From: Octopus vulgaris
Lineage: Eukaryota
DNA: 64,000 bases
Reading direction: 5' to 3'
Assembly (NCBI GenBank): GCA_951406725.2
Contig: OX597823.1
Location: forward strand, 59,148,001-59,212,000
Part shown: piece by piece, positions 26,600 to 39,349 of the stretch
Layout of the letters: each line of letters begins with the position of its first letter
Numbering within the stretch: position 1 is the first letter of the stretch
Translations under genes and position numbers: made by a program
Notes under the pieces: model-generated
Seen by the model: the letters and a program-made list of their open reading frames with translations, nothing else
Databases searched by the model: none
Told to the model about the DNA's origin: nothing

Positions 26600-27985
26600 A
26601 TGAAAAATACAGAAGATTTGTTTTACAAGATTAAATCATATATTAGAATCATAATAGATTCATGGATATCCTTCTGAAATCATATCTAAAATACATCAAA
26701 AGTTATATCAGAAATGACTTAGATATTTTAAATCACCTACCAGAAAAGGTCAAGGAAGAAACAGAAGTGGTTATATTTGATGTGATAAACATATACACTA
26801 ACATACCCCATAATTATGGAATAGAAGAAATCCGGTTCTAGCTGGACAAATATCCAGAAGAAATACCAGAACGAATCAACAATGATTTTATAATCGAATT
26901 AATAAAATTCATCCTTCAAAACAACTACTTCATGTATGACATCTCTGTTTATTGTCAAAAATGCGAAACTGCCATGGGAACCAGGGTAGCCAAACCATTG
27001 CCAACCTCACAAAGCGCTATATAGAAATAAAAATATATCAGAATTTATTTTCTAAATTTGGAAACCCTCTTTCACAATACATAAAAGAAAATTGGAAAAG
27101 ATCTTTGGACGATTGCTTCCTCCTCTGGAGTGACAACATAGATGAATTCCTAGAATTCAAAAGACTCCTTAATAGCATTAACACCAACATAAATTTACAA
27201 TAGAACACAACCAAGAGGAGCTCCCATTCCTAGACATACTGGTTAAAAAATAAGCAAAATATAGAAACGGACATTTTTTTACAAAACCACAGATGCTAAA
27301 CAATATCTATTATTTATGTCATGTCAAAACAAATATCCCCTTCAACCTTGCAACAAGAATTTGCATCATAGTGTCCCAAAAAGATACCAGAGAACTAAGA
27401 TTGCCAGAGCTTAAAAATGTACTCCATGATAGACACGACACAATTCAACTAATAAATGAAAGGATTAAACTGAAAAATCGATTGACATAAAACCATTAAG
27501 AAAAGCCGAACACAATAACACAGCTAGTCTGAAAACATTACCTTAAGTCTCTACATACAACCCCAGAAACAAAGAAGCATTTAACATCATTGTCCAAAAT
27601 CTCCCAATGATCCTTTAGGACCCCAAACTGAAGGAAATTCTATGTACCCATAAAATCATTAAAAGTAGTAAACAACCAAATGTATAATAGAAAATCCTCA
27701 CAAATACTACATTATTCTCAAGAATAACGGACACATGAGTAAAAAAGTGTGGTCGTCCGAACTGCGGAACATGTCCTAATCTTTTGAAAGGATTATAATT
27801 CGATTTTAGACAAGGGAAAAAATTGAAAGTTAAATCCAACTTCACTTGCGCCTCTGAAAACCTTCTTTATGTAATCAGATGCTCGGGCTGCCATAAAAAA
27901 CTATACAGCGTCGACAGGAATATCGATCAGACGAAGATGTACAGTCCACAGACAACATATATCCTCCCCACAATGTCGCCATATA
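26600..27985 (+). mobile_element. Decayed Penelope-like element ORF (RT, Cys linker, GIY-YIG endonuclease; Neptune-like)
   Basis: FDVINIYTNIPH, FILQNNYF, TAMGT, WKRSLDDCFLLW, LPFLDILV, CGRPNCGTC and FTCASENLLYVIRCSGC, with many stops and frameshifts. Confidence 0.88.
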
Positions 27986-28072
27986 TATATATATATATAA
28001 CAGCAATAACATTTGTGGCTGTAATAATAACGTTAAATTGCTAGACAATAAGTGATTTCGAATTCTGTAGAA

Positions 28073-28891
28073 ATCTTGATGCAGGTATATCAATTACCTT
28101 ATTTTATAGCCTTAAACTGAGTTTTTGCTCGCTTGTCCGACTTCTGGTGGTCCGTTGTGTTTTTCAGTGTGACTGGCGGCTTATTTGAAGATTTTAATTC
28201 TAATATCTAGCAAGCTGGAAATTCGTCTACCCTCTATTATAATTAATATTTTTATTGTATAGTAACTTTAAGATATTATTTTCTTGGTGGTCATTTGAAT
28301 CTCTACCACGCTTGACGAAATGCTTAGCGGTATTTCGCCCGTTGCTAATTTCTGAGTTCAAATTCCACCGATGTCGACTTTGCTTTTCATCCTTTCGGAT
28401 GATAAATTAAGTATTAGTGGAACACGGGAGTCAACGTGCTGAACTTAATCCCTTCCCCCGAATTTGAGGATTGTGCTTCCAGTAGAAAAGTTATTATCAG
28501 TTATTTATATTTACGGCTGATAATAAAAATAATAATATCTATCAGAATATTGATTTGAATATTTACTCACTTTTCTATATAATGCACCGAAATTGTTTTG
28601 AATTTGGCGGGGAACTATACAACGAGTAACAGATTCAGAGAGATGAGTTCGATTTTTCATATTAGGTATTGTAGGACCTCCTGAGGAGAATTAAGGCTTA
28701 GCCCGGAATTCGAAATCATGATCCAGGTATATCAATTACTTTATTTTACAGCTTTAAGCTGAGATTACTACATTTTTTCTGGTTTGCCCAATTTCAACTG
28801 CTCCGTTATGTATTTCAGTGTAATTGGTGGCTCATTTGAGGATTTTAACTCTTATATCCAGCATCCAGTACTTCGTTTACCCTCAATTATA

Positions 28892-28895
<4 letters not shown>
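28073..28895. repeat. Diverged ~175-bp direct duplication (28073-28245 / 28716-28895)
   Basis: Both copies run CAGGTATATCAATTAC...TTTCAGTGT...TACCCTC.ATTATAAT. Confidence 0.8.
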
Positions 28896-28929
<34 letters not shown>

Positions 28930-29016
28930 CAAAATAACCATCAGAATTTAGTACGGTATTATCCATACAGTTTCAAAATATGCTGATATATGGATATATA
29001 TATATATACATACACG

Positions 29017-29048
<32 letters not shown>

Positions 29049-29101
29049 CATATATATATATAAACATATATATATATATATATATGTATACATATATATA
29101 C

Positions 29102-29147
<46 letters not shown>

Positions 29148-29148
<1 letters not shown>

Positions 29149-29700
29149 GAGCAAAACGTCCCCCGTCCAATGGACGGTGCTCAGTTGTCAAATATTTTAA
29201 ACCAAATTTTCTCAAAACAACCTGTCCGACCGTCCCATAGACCTCCCTTTGAGAAACACTGATTTAACCTAAATTTGAGACACCAGCAAAAGAAGAAATA
29301 AAGATAGACTTTTTTCTATTCCAAAGAAAAACGATTTTATTCACACAAATATGCAACCGAAGAGTTTAAAGTATCAGTAATGATAAGGCTGTTGACTGGG
29401 AGAAACCAAAAACATGGTTTAAACAGTAAGCTGGTAGGAAAGAAACGAAGTTAAGGCAAAATAATTTCCGACAGACAGAATGGATTTTATATAACCGCTG
29501 ATGTACTTGCGCGTACAAATGCACGTTCACACGGCTTTATCGATCGCATTCTCACATGGAATCGATTTCTGTAATTTTTTCAAGACTTATACACGCCTTG
29601 ATACTGCCGGTATCTACATATCAAATTTAAGCGCAATCGGATGGAGGATGCCCGTGATCCTACAAGACACACACAAACAGAACGGATTTTATATAATATA
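29148..29700 (-). mobile_element. Second copy of the CTCG-ended Helitron family with ~190 bp of extra sequence
   Basis: 29148-29344 and 29537-29700 are reverse-complement matches to 41680-41877 and 41509-41680. Confidence 0.78.
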
Positions 29701-30046
29701 TATATATATATATATATAAACACATGCATATATTTATTTATGTAGTGAAGACAGTATGAGAAAACGTATTAATGAATCGTATTTTGAGTTAAGAAAAAGA
29801 AATAAGTACATTAACAAGCACCTGTTTAACAAACGTGTTGATCTTTTCCTTCATATTTTTTTATTTTCTGTTCCTTAATTTTCTTTTCTTTTTTCGCTTA
29901 ATGAAGACTTCTGCCAAAGACGATTGAGTTGTAAATTGTTAACCTATTAATATTTCATGAACTACAAAATATATGACATAAATAAGTACCTAAATACACA
30001 TGCATATGTATGTATATATATGTGTGTGTGTGTGTATGTATATATG

Positions 30047-30078
<32 letters not shown>

Positions 30079-30831
30079 TATATATGTATACACATATCTG
30101 CCCTTACACACACACACACACATATATATATATATGCGTGTATGTGTATATATGTATGTGCAGATATATATATTTACACACATATTATGCATGTGCATAT
30201 ATGTGTGTGCGTGTGTGTGAGAGAGAGATTTTGTGGGTATGCATGTATGTATACACATATATATGTATATATGTATGTATTCACATATATGTATGCATAT
30301 ATGTACATATATATATTCATATGTATATATATATGCTCATATATACATATGTATATATGAATATATCTACACCTACTTGAAATATATTCTCTCTGCATAT
30401 ACGCTCCTATACATGCATACCTGATACACACACAGACGCACACGAACAAACACACACGAACACATACATAGAAACATATTCTTGCATATAAATGTATGCG
30501 CGTATATTTCAATGAATATTTCATACAATTTGAATTAATAAATATTCTCTACCTGAAAAAAATCAAGGTTTAGGGAAGATGAGAATCAAAAGTTGTCAAA
30601 ATGTAAATCAAGTTAAGATTTTATATCATATTTCAATGTATTCGATATCATCTCTGTTTAGCATATTTGTAAATTGTTAATTTTTAAGATGATTTAACAA
30701 ATCTCTGTGTCTGACCGGTCTAAATAACTCTCCTGCCTTTTCTTTCCCCCTCTCTCCCCTCTCTTTCCCTGTCTATCTATCTGCCTGTCCGTCTGTTTAC
30801 CTACCATTTACCTCCATATCTATCTATCTAC

Positions 30832-30927
<96 letters not shown>

Positions 30928-31717
30928 ATATCTATCTGTCAATCTGTCTACATGTCCACCTGTCTGTCTGTCAGTGTAACTACCATCTATCAATCTATTT
31001 TAAAAATCTATTTATCTATCTAACATTCTGTCTCTTACAATCAGTCCCACATCCGCTTTTTATCTATAAATGCAGTGCCTCCTATCATCCGTTTCCCTTA
31101 TAACGAAGACATACAAATTAAAACACAGCATCTAATACGACGAGGCCTTCAGTTTTTATATAACGAAAGCACCTCAACAAAGGACGCAGTTCTGCGGTCG
31201 ACCAAAGAAATGTAAATCACGACAGCTCCCGCACACATTAAGAGGAAGTAACAGAGGTGAGATATTTCGTTGTTACATCCACGCATGGTTCTTTGACCGC
31301 TAGAACGAAGCGCAGGCCCTGTATTATGGCTCTAAGGAACCCGAATCTTTATTTGCGATGAGAAAATGGATTACCACAAAACCACTTGCAACCCAAATTT
31401 TATAGTGAATGCAATCAAAATTTCATAGTGACACTCTAAATGTTTGATGACATTAAAGGAGTTGAAAACAAAAACAGGTATTAGAGCCAAACACTGCAAA
31501 TATTGCAGGCCTCATGAGAATGTCTCCTTTTCTCGTGTGTATTACATACTCATGTTAATGCACAAAACAAGATGATTATTGCTCTAGCTGGTTTCCCTCT
31601 TTGGCAGGTTTTAACTTTTATCCCAAAACGTTTCAAAAGCCTCACGCCGCACCAAAAACGTCAGTTGTTTCTACAGTTTTAGTAACCAATATCATAATTA
31701 TGAATAGTGTATAATAC

Positions 31718-31765
<48 letters not shown>

Positions 31766-31767
<2 letters not shown>

Positions 31768-32283
31768 GAAAAAAGATGGTATAGGCACACACCAGAAAAG
31801 GTCACAGAAAACGAGAAAGCAACCATACTCTGGGATATGCCGATACACACAGATAGAGAAATTAAGGCCAACAGACCAGATATAGTTGTCAGAGATCATG
31901 AAGAAAAAAATGCTTTCTAATTGATGTATCAATACCGGCAGATGACAACGTGTCTCTAAAAGAAATGGAGAAACTCTCAAAATACAAAGACCTGGAAATA
32001 GAGGTAACTAGAATGTGGAATCTGAAAACAGAAACAATTCCTATCATAGTAGGTGCATTAGGCATGATAAAAAAATATTCAGACAAATACATAACAAAAA
32101 CACCAGGACTTACAAACACATATAACATACAGAAAATTGCACTACTAGGCACTGCACACATCCTACGCAGAACACTTTCCATACAATAACCATCAGAGCA
32201 TCACAACAAATCACAGCACATACCCAAGGCACACAGAGCTGCGCTCGGTAGTGAAGTGAAAGCACGCTATAAAAATAAAACTG

Positions 32284-32288
<5 letters not shown>
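31766..32288 (+). mobile_element. R4/Dong-type LINE 3' end (endonuclease domain and 3' UTR) within (TAA)n
   Basis: LWDMPIHTDREIKANRPDIV...IDVSIP...EKLSKYKDLEIE...IPIIVGALG, flanked by (TAA)n on both sides. Confidence 0.9.
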
Positions 32289-32323
<35 letters not shown>

Positions 32324-32511
32324 GTAATCCATGGATGCCATTCATAATCATTGTAATGTAACGCTACGCGCATTTCCACAAATCACATGTTTCTTACGAT
32401 AATAATCCGTATTCCTTGGTTGATTACACACACACAGATATATATATATATATACAAACAATGTACTATTTCGTGATAGTACATTTAAAAGGAGACACTA
32501 TATGCCTTTAA

Positions 32512-32566
32512 GTGCTACTAATAGTTTCGTGTCTTAATAGATATCTCAAACATATTCTTCAGGCAC
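32512..32566 (-). ncRNA. Type I hammerhead motif (intact core)
   Basis: Minus strand: GUGC CUGAAGA ... GAAAC UAUUA GUA GCAC; helix II is imperfect. Confidence 0.65.
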
Positions 32567-32634
32567 AAACCACGTATTATAATTAACTAAAAGCATTGAG
32601 TCAATTTCTTTTAGTTCGTTATGATACATACTTT

Positions 32635-32690
32635 GTGCCTGATGAACATATGTTTTCGATACTCTCAACATATAAATCTATTAGTAGCAC
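32635..32690 (+). ncRNA. Type I hammerhead motif (GAAA box mutated)
   Basis: GUGC CUGAUGA ac AUAUGUU-loop-AACAUAU aaauc UAUUA GUA GCAC. Confidence 0.55.
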
Positions 32691-32711
32691 TTAAAAACAT
32701 GTATCGTGTCC

Positions 32712-32807
<96 letters not shown>

Positions 32808-32901
32808 CTTAATCATATAAAAGGGAAATGGAAATTAATAGAAATTTTCATTTCCAGTGGTCTAGCGTGTAAAAATTTAGTCAAAAGACTATGTATTACT
32901 C

Positions 32902-33851
32902 ATAAAATACAGTGTACATTTAAACACATAAGGAATCCACTCGTATGGATTCAACACGCTAGAAAGAACAGCTAGGTTCTACAACCTCAAAATTAGGGAT
33001 AAAATACGACAGGAACGAAATGAAAAAATAAAGACTTTTTACCATCTAATTTCCTGGACTAATTGGTTCTTGATTTTAGTTTAGCAAATAAATAATATTC
33101 GCCTGGTGTAATCTTTTTCAACAGGTACACGTTAGATTAAATATATAAAACACGAGGCAGTCGTATATAGGCGCAGGAGTGGCTGTGTGGTAAGTAGCTT
33201 GCTAACCAACCACATAGTTCCGGGTTCAGTCCCACTGCGTAGCATCTTGGGCAAGTGTCTTCTGCTATAGCCCCGGGCCGACCAATGTCTTGTGAGTGGA
33301 TTTGGTAGACGGAAACTGAAAGCAGCCTGTCGTATATATGTATATATATATAAGTGTGTGTGTATATGTTTGTGTGTCTGTGTTTGTCCCCCTAGCATTG
33401 CTTGACAACCGATGCTGGTGTGTTTACGTCCCCGTCACTTAGCGGTTCGGCAAAAGAGACCGATAGAATAAGTACTGGGCTTCCAAAGAATAAGTCCCGG
33501 GGTCGATTTGCTCGACTAAAGGCGGTGATCCAGCATGGCCGCAGTCAAATGACTGAAACAAGTAAAAGAGTAAAAGAGTAAAAAAGAGAGAGTCAACTAT
33601 GTGCCTCTTGATTATACATCCTAATTCTTTCAAAATCTACTGCGCAGACGCAGCCCTTCATCGGCAATAAAATAATGCCAACTTTTTTAAATTGGTCCAG
33701 GAAACTAGGTGGTAAACGTTTTTATTTTTTCATTTCGTTCCTGTGGAATTTTATCCCTAATTTTATGGTTATAGAACCTAGGTATTCTTTCTAGAGTGTT
33801 GAATCCCTACGAGTGGATTCCTTATGTGTTTAAATGTACACTGTATTTTAA
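32902..33851. repeat. ~160-bp inverted repeat (32902-33064 / 33690-33851) with a SINE in the spacer
   Basis: TAAAATACAGTGTACATTTAAACACATAAGGAATCCACTCGTA and its reverse complement. Confidence 0.88.
33170..33582 (+). mobile_element. SINE family A, full length
   Basis: Highly similar to 23244-23701; lies in the spacer of an inverted repeat. Confidence 0.9.
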
Positions 33852-34038
33852 ATATATATATATATATATATATATATAATGTAGGATAAAACTTTTCGAA
33901 AAAATTCTATCAATGGCCAGCATATTAAAAAATACCTTTAAAGGGTAAATTTATAAACAATTTATAAGTAATTTATAAGTTTTGCCCTTACTTATAAATT
34001 GTTTATATATATATACATATATACATACTCATATATAT

Positions 34039-34092
<54 letters not shown>

Positions 34093-34133
34093 GTATATAC
34101 ATATATACATATATACATACATATATATATATC

Positions 34134-34164
<31 letters not shown>

Positions 34165-34877
34165 CATATAAACAATATCACAAACCCAGATATAAACAGA
34201 AATATTCAATCAAATATCCGCAAATGTATGCACATAAATCTTATGCATTTACATTCACATTTAATACATACATAAATACTTGCGCGCATCCACACGCATA
34301 CATGAAAGCATTCAGACGTTCGGCAAGCACCTTAATTTTTACGGCGGATGTGGTGGGTATGGACATACTGGGGATGTGCATCATTGTCCAGTTCTGTTTT
34401 TATCTGCTTTTTCTCTATATATATCTTTCTACATATATATACAGAGAAATTTCTAAATTTGGATCTAAGTATCAGACAATTTGTCTCAGAGCCTTTCTGT
34501 TTATTTACCCACCTATCTCTCTGTTTATATGCTCCTCTGCTCACACACATACATATATGTGGTCTATTTCATCCATTCTATTTAATTTGCGTAGACATAA
34601 ATATGTAGCACAGACATCCTGTTGAATTGTTCGATGTCTTATAATCACTACATTTACTAAAATGATACATCCTGGTTTTATGTAATCCTATTCAGTAAAT
34701 GGATCCTACAGTGTATTTAGGCATCCCGAGATACTCTATTCTTAAAATGAAACAATCTCCAGGTACACTTCGTAATATTAACAGTTTAATAAACTTCTTA
34801 TAAACTGACTGCGTCATTCCTTTGACTATTCTGGGTCAATTTATATCACGTAGTTGAGATATTAACAACTGTTATAA

Positions 34878-35099
34878 GGCGGCGGAAATGTTAGCATGCC
34901 GGGCGAAATGCTTAGCAGTATTTCGTCTACCGCTCTGTTCTGAGTTCAAATTCCGCTGAGGTCGACTTTGCCTTTCATCCTTTTGGGGTCGATTAAATAA
35001 GTACCAGTTACACAGTAGGGTCGATATAATCAACTTAATCCGTTTGTCTGTCCTTGTTCGTCCCCTCTGTGTTTAGCCCCTTATGGGTAGTAAAGAAAT
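34878..35099 (+). mobile_element. SINE family B with 21-bp TSD
   Basis: GGCGGCG...GAGTTCAAATTCC (B box)...GCCTTTCATCCTTT.GGGGTCGAT; TSD AGATATTAACAACTGTT(A/G)TAA at 34857-34877 / 35100-35120. Confidence 0.92.
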
Positions 35100-35558
35100 A
35101 GATATTAACAACTGTTGTAAATTGTTGGGTTAAAATAGGCTTTAGTTTGAAATTCAGTCACGAAATGATACTTATTTGTCGTACTTTCGTATTTATTTTA
35201 TATTTTATTTATATAATACAGGCCAACTTCATTCATTCTTCTTGTGTCATGACATGAACTCAAAGCAACGGTTATATGTTGAATTCCTGCGCTCTTAAAG
35301 GTACACTACCTTGTTTCATGTGAGTATTCTTAAAAACATGCAAGCACACACACCCTTCTAGTCGTTTTCTTGTTTTTGTCGTTGGACAGCAGCCATACTG
35401 GAGCACCGCATTGAATATTTTTAGTGGAACGAACAGACCCCAGTGATTATGTTTTTCAAACCCGGTACTTTTAATGGTCTGTTTTTTTTTTGAAATGCCA
35501 TACTACGGGGTCGTATACAAGTCAACTCCGGGTATCTAGATAAACGCACACACAAACA

Positions 35559-35628
<70 letters not shown>

Positions 35629-35647
35629 TATATATACATACATATAT

Positions 35648-37885
35648 GATTGATTGATTGATTGATTGATTCTAGTTTCAGCTCATGAGCTGTGGCCATG
35701 CTGGGGCACCGCCATTTGGTGTTGCTACATGGTTTTACTTCACGAATGCTTTTTAGCAACTGCCATTTGGTGCATGAGAGAGTTCGATGCAGCTACCCTC
35801 ATCTGCACCTCCTGCCGTAAAGTTGGTTCATCTGGGATACCTGACAGGAAGAGATCCAGTTTCATTTTAAAGACATCTGCATCCACCCCATGCAGGTCTC
35901 TTAGGTTCTTCGGGAGGATATTGAAGAGCTGTGGGCCTCGGAAGCCCAGGCTATCACAGTATCTTGTCCTACATCTTGATGGCAAATTTGGAGTCCTAGG
36001 CACCACGCAGTGGCGCCCAGTTCTGGCATTTGTGTAACTCTCGATGCCAAAGTTTGGGACTAGTCCCTCCAGGATCTTCCAGATATATATTATGGCATAT
36101 CTTTCTCGCCTACGCTCCAAGGAATATAGTTTTAATCTCTTGAGTCTTTCCCAGTAGCTTATATTCTGCATAGAGGCTATATTCTTCGTGTAGCTACGTT
36201 GGATCGCCTCAAGTTCTGTGATCAACTTGACACTGGATGGTGACCATAGCTGAGAGCAATAGTCAAAGTGGCTTAGGACAAGTGTCCTCCAGAGGACCAT
36301 CATGGTTTCTTGTTCTCTTGTTCTAAAGGTTCTGAGAATCCATCCGGCCAGTCGTCTACATTTCATTGCCAATTTAGCAACATGTACACGAAAGGTTGCG
36401 TCATCGCTCATGTAAATACCCAGGTCACGCACTGATTGTGCCTCTGGGATTGCAATTCCTCCGGGTCCAGTGTATTCATTGGGTATTGCATTTAGTTTTG
36501 CATGCTGATAGTATAAAGCTTGAAACATTTCAGCATTGAACTGCATGCTATTCTTTTCAGCCCACTTGTATATTCTGTCCAGCTCACATTGCAGGCGTTT
36601 AGTGTCCTCAGGGTTCTGTATTGCCTGTGAAACTTTTGTATCATCTGCATAACTTGTGATCGTGGCCCTCTGCGTGGCTGAGGGCATGTCTGAGAGGGCC
36701 ATTATGAACAGTAGTGGTCCCAAAACAGTGCCCTGCGGAACACCGCTCACTATTTGCGTGTTACTACCACCTGACTTCTATCTTTCAGTAAGTCATGAAG
36801 CCATTCTCCCAGTTTTCCAACTATGTTGAGATCACGCAGTTTGTGACATATCATTCCATGATCGACTTTATCAAAGGCCTTTGCAAAGTCGAGATATATC
36901 ACTTCCACATTTGAGTGGTTGAGCAGTCGTTTCAGCACCCAGTCATAGTGTTGTAGGAGCTGAGTTAAGCAGCTTCTCCTGGTCGGAAACCATGTTGGGT
37001 GTCAGGCAGCAAGTCATTTTCTTCAAGGAAGGTGATCAGTTTCCTTCTGACTATTCGTTCCATGACCTTGCTGATGTGTGAGGTCAGAGAGATAGGTCTG
37101 TAGTTCTTGGCCTCCGCTCTGCTACCTCCTTTATGAATAGGGCATATTTTACCTTCCTTCAGTTTTCTTGGAAGTTTGCCAGCTGCAAGGAAGCTCTGAA
37201 AGAGGAACTGCAGTGGTCTTGCTAGGACTCTCTTACATACTTTTAGGAGGATTGCCGGGAATCCATCGGGGCCAGTAGCTGAGTCTGTTTTCATTTCATC
37301 TATAGCCTTTATTACATCGTCTTCCTTTATATCGATGTAATTTATCGTCGCCGCCTCTGATTTTATATCTGCAGTGGTAAAGAAGTCAGTTGGATTGGTG
37401 ATTTGGAAATGCCCAAGGGGTGGAGTGAAAACACTCTTGAATTGCTCATTCAGTATTTCACCCACCCTCATTGGTTTTCCTGTGAGTGTGCCATCCTTTT
37501 CAAGGAGTGGCCCTATCCTACAGTGCACCGCAGCTGTTTCTTTGGCATACCTATAGAAAGCTTTGGGGTTAGATTTTATGTTGTCTATAGCCCAGGCTTC
37601 TTTGTCTGCTCTTTCCTTTTCATGGGAGAGTTGCAGACATTTTTCAATTTCCAACAGTTTTATTTTCAGGCGGGACTTTTCACTGCTTTCAATTTGTTTG
37701 TTTAGGCGATGTGAAATTTTTGTACGCCGTCTCATTAAAATTTTCCTCTCTCTGGGGATTTTGTTCTTGTGTACAGTGGCCTTTCTCTCTGGGACACATT
37801 TGTAGCATATGGCTTGCATTACAGACATGAATTGTTGAAGTTTCACGTCGATGTCTGGCGAGGAGAGACATTCATGGCGAGGAGA

Positions 37886-37887
<2 letters not shown>
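35648..37887 (-). mobile_element. 5'-truncated CR1/L2-group LINE (RT region, 3' UTR, (ATCA)n tail) inserted in a (TA)n tract
   Basis: ORFs 36965..37936, 36750..36938 and 35740..36750 carry ATGPDG, NYRPISLTS, YLDFAKAFDKVDH, GVPQGTVLGPLLF, YADDTK and LYSLERRR. Only two frame lesions (about 36975 and 36762). Confidence 0.93.
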
Positions 37888-37930
<43 letters not shown>

Positions 37931-38022
37931 GTACACATGTATACATGTCTAGAGAGAGAGAAAGACAAAGACATAAGTATATAAGTACATATTTATGGAT
38001 ACATGTCTATATACATAATAAA

Positions 38023-38056
<34 letters not shown>

Positions 38057-38649
38057 ACTCATGCGTATACGTACTCATACGTATGCGTACATATAAATAT
38101 GTACACATACATATACATATATGCATACAAATATGACGTACCACATACATATAAATATATATACTTATCCATTTCCCTACCCATCCAGATACAAGTGCGT
38201 GTAGTACTAGTTTTACTTGGTATATCTGCATGAATATTTTACATCATTTTATTCCACCAAATATGCAGTTATCATTCTAACCCTTTCTGGAACGACTTAG
38301 TATAGAACATGTCAAGCAATGTCTTCAATGATCTCAACAAACTCATCCAACTTGAATTTTAGGGCTTGTGTCTATATTAGAAACGTGTTTATTCGCAGTT
38401 TTTTCTTAATATATTCATTTCTTGTTTTCAATTGTAATTCTCAACATTTCCATAATGTCGTTGCAATCGTTTATTCTGCATTTCCACCATGAACACTTCG
38501 ACGCCCAACTTCTCTCTTAATCACAATAATATACTAACAATAATATAACTATTACGGTTCCTACATATTCAATCTTTTACATTCCTAATTTCTCAAAATG
38601 TTGGTAATTAATTCTTCTTCTTCTTCTTTTCCTTCTTCTTCTTCTTCTT

Positions 38650-38754
<105 letters not shown>

Positions 38755-39321
38755 GAGTGAGAGAGTAGTGCATGCCATCAAAATGACACTGAGTTAAACT
38801 ATACCAAGCCCAGTATACGATACCAAGCCAATTATGACTACCCGTCTGATAAGGGTATATTAGGCACATGCATCACAATCATATGTGCAAGACATGGTGA
38901 TCTCATATTAAGATAAACAGGACATGACCTTGTAAATGGGGCCCAGTTAGAATTTTCATCTGGTTGCGTAGTCCATCTCGCTAAAACGGTCCCTAAATAA
39001 GAAATGTTTAAGGATGTTGAACGAACCACCCATATTTCCAAAGGTGAATTATCCAAATCTCTAAGAATTCCTTTCAACACACGGCTATGATGCTCCCCCA
39101 CTACTTCTGCTCGTGGTCAGATATGCACATATCGTCAGCCACTAAGAGACATGCTCAACTGATTAAGGTCAAACAACTGACAAGCAAATCTGTGGTATTG
39201 AGCAGAATATTTGCTGTAGCCCATCTTTTATACCAAGACAAAACGATATACATGATAACACTTCCATTCAGTTAAGATCAAAAGCCATGACAGCCACTGC
39301 CTGGTACTGCATCAGGGCATT
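38755..39321 (-). mobile_element. Non-coding ~570-bp (TAA)n-associated repeat, possible non-autonomous partner of the R4/Dong LINEs
   Basis: Homologous pieces at 90-215 (+), 695-1140 (-) and 2170-2326 (-). Inferred sense strand begins AATGCCCTGATGCAGTACC and ends in (AAT)n. Confidence 0.7.
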
Positions 39322-39349
39322 TATTACTATTATTATTGTTGTTGTTATT

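Noticed and set aside
31060-31350. CpG-containing stretch with TATAAA and a donor-like AG|GTGAGA, suggesting a promoter or first exon
   Set aside because: The motifs are too short to support a call without expression data.
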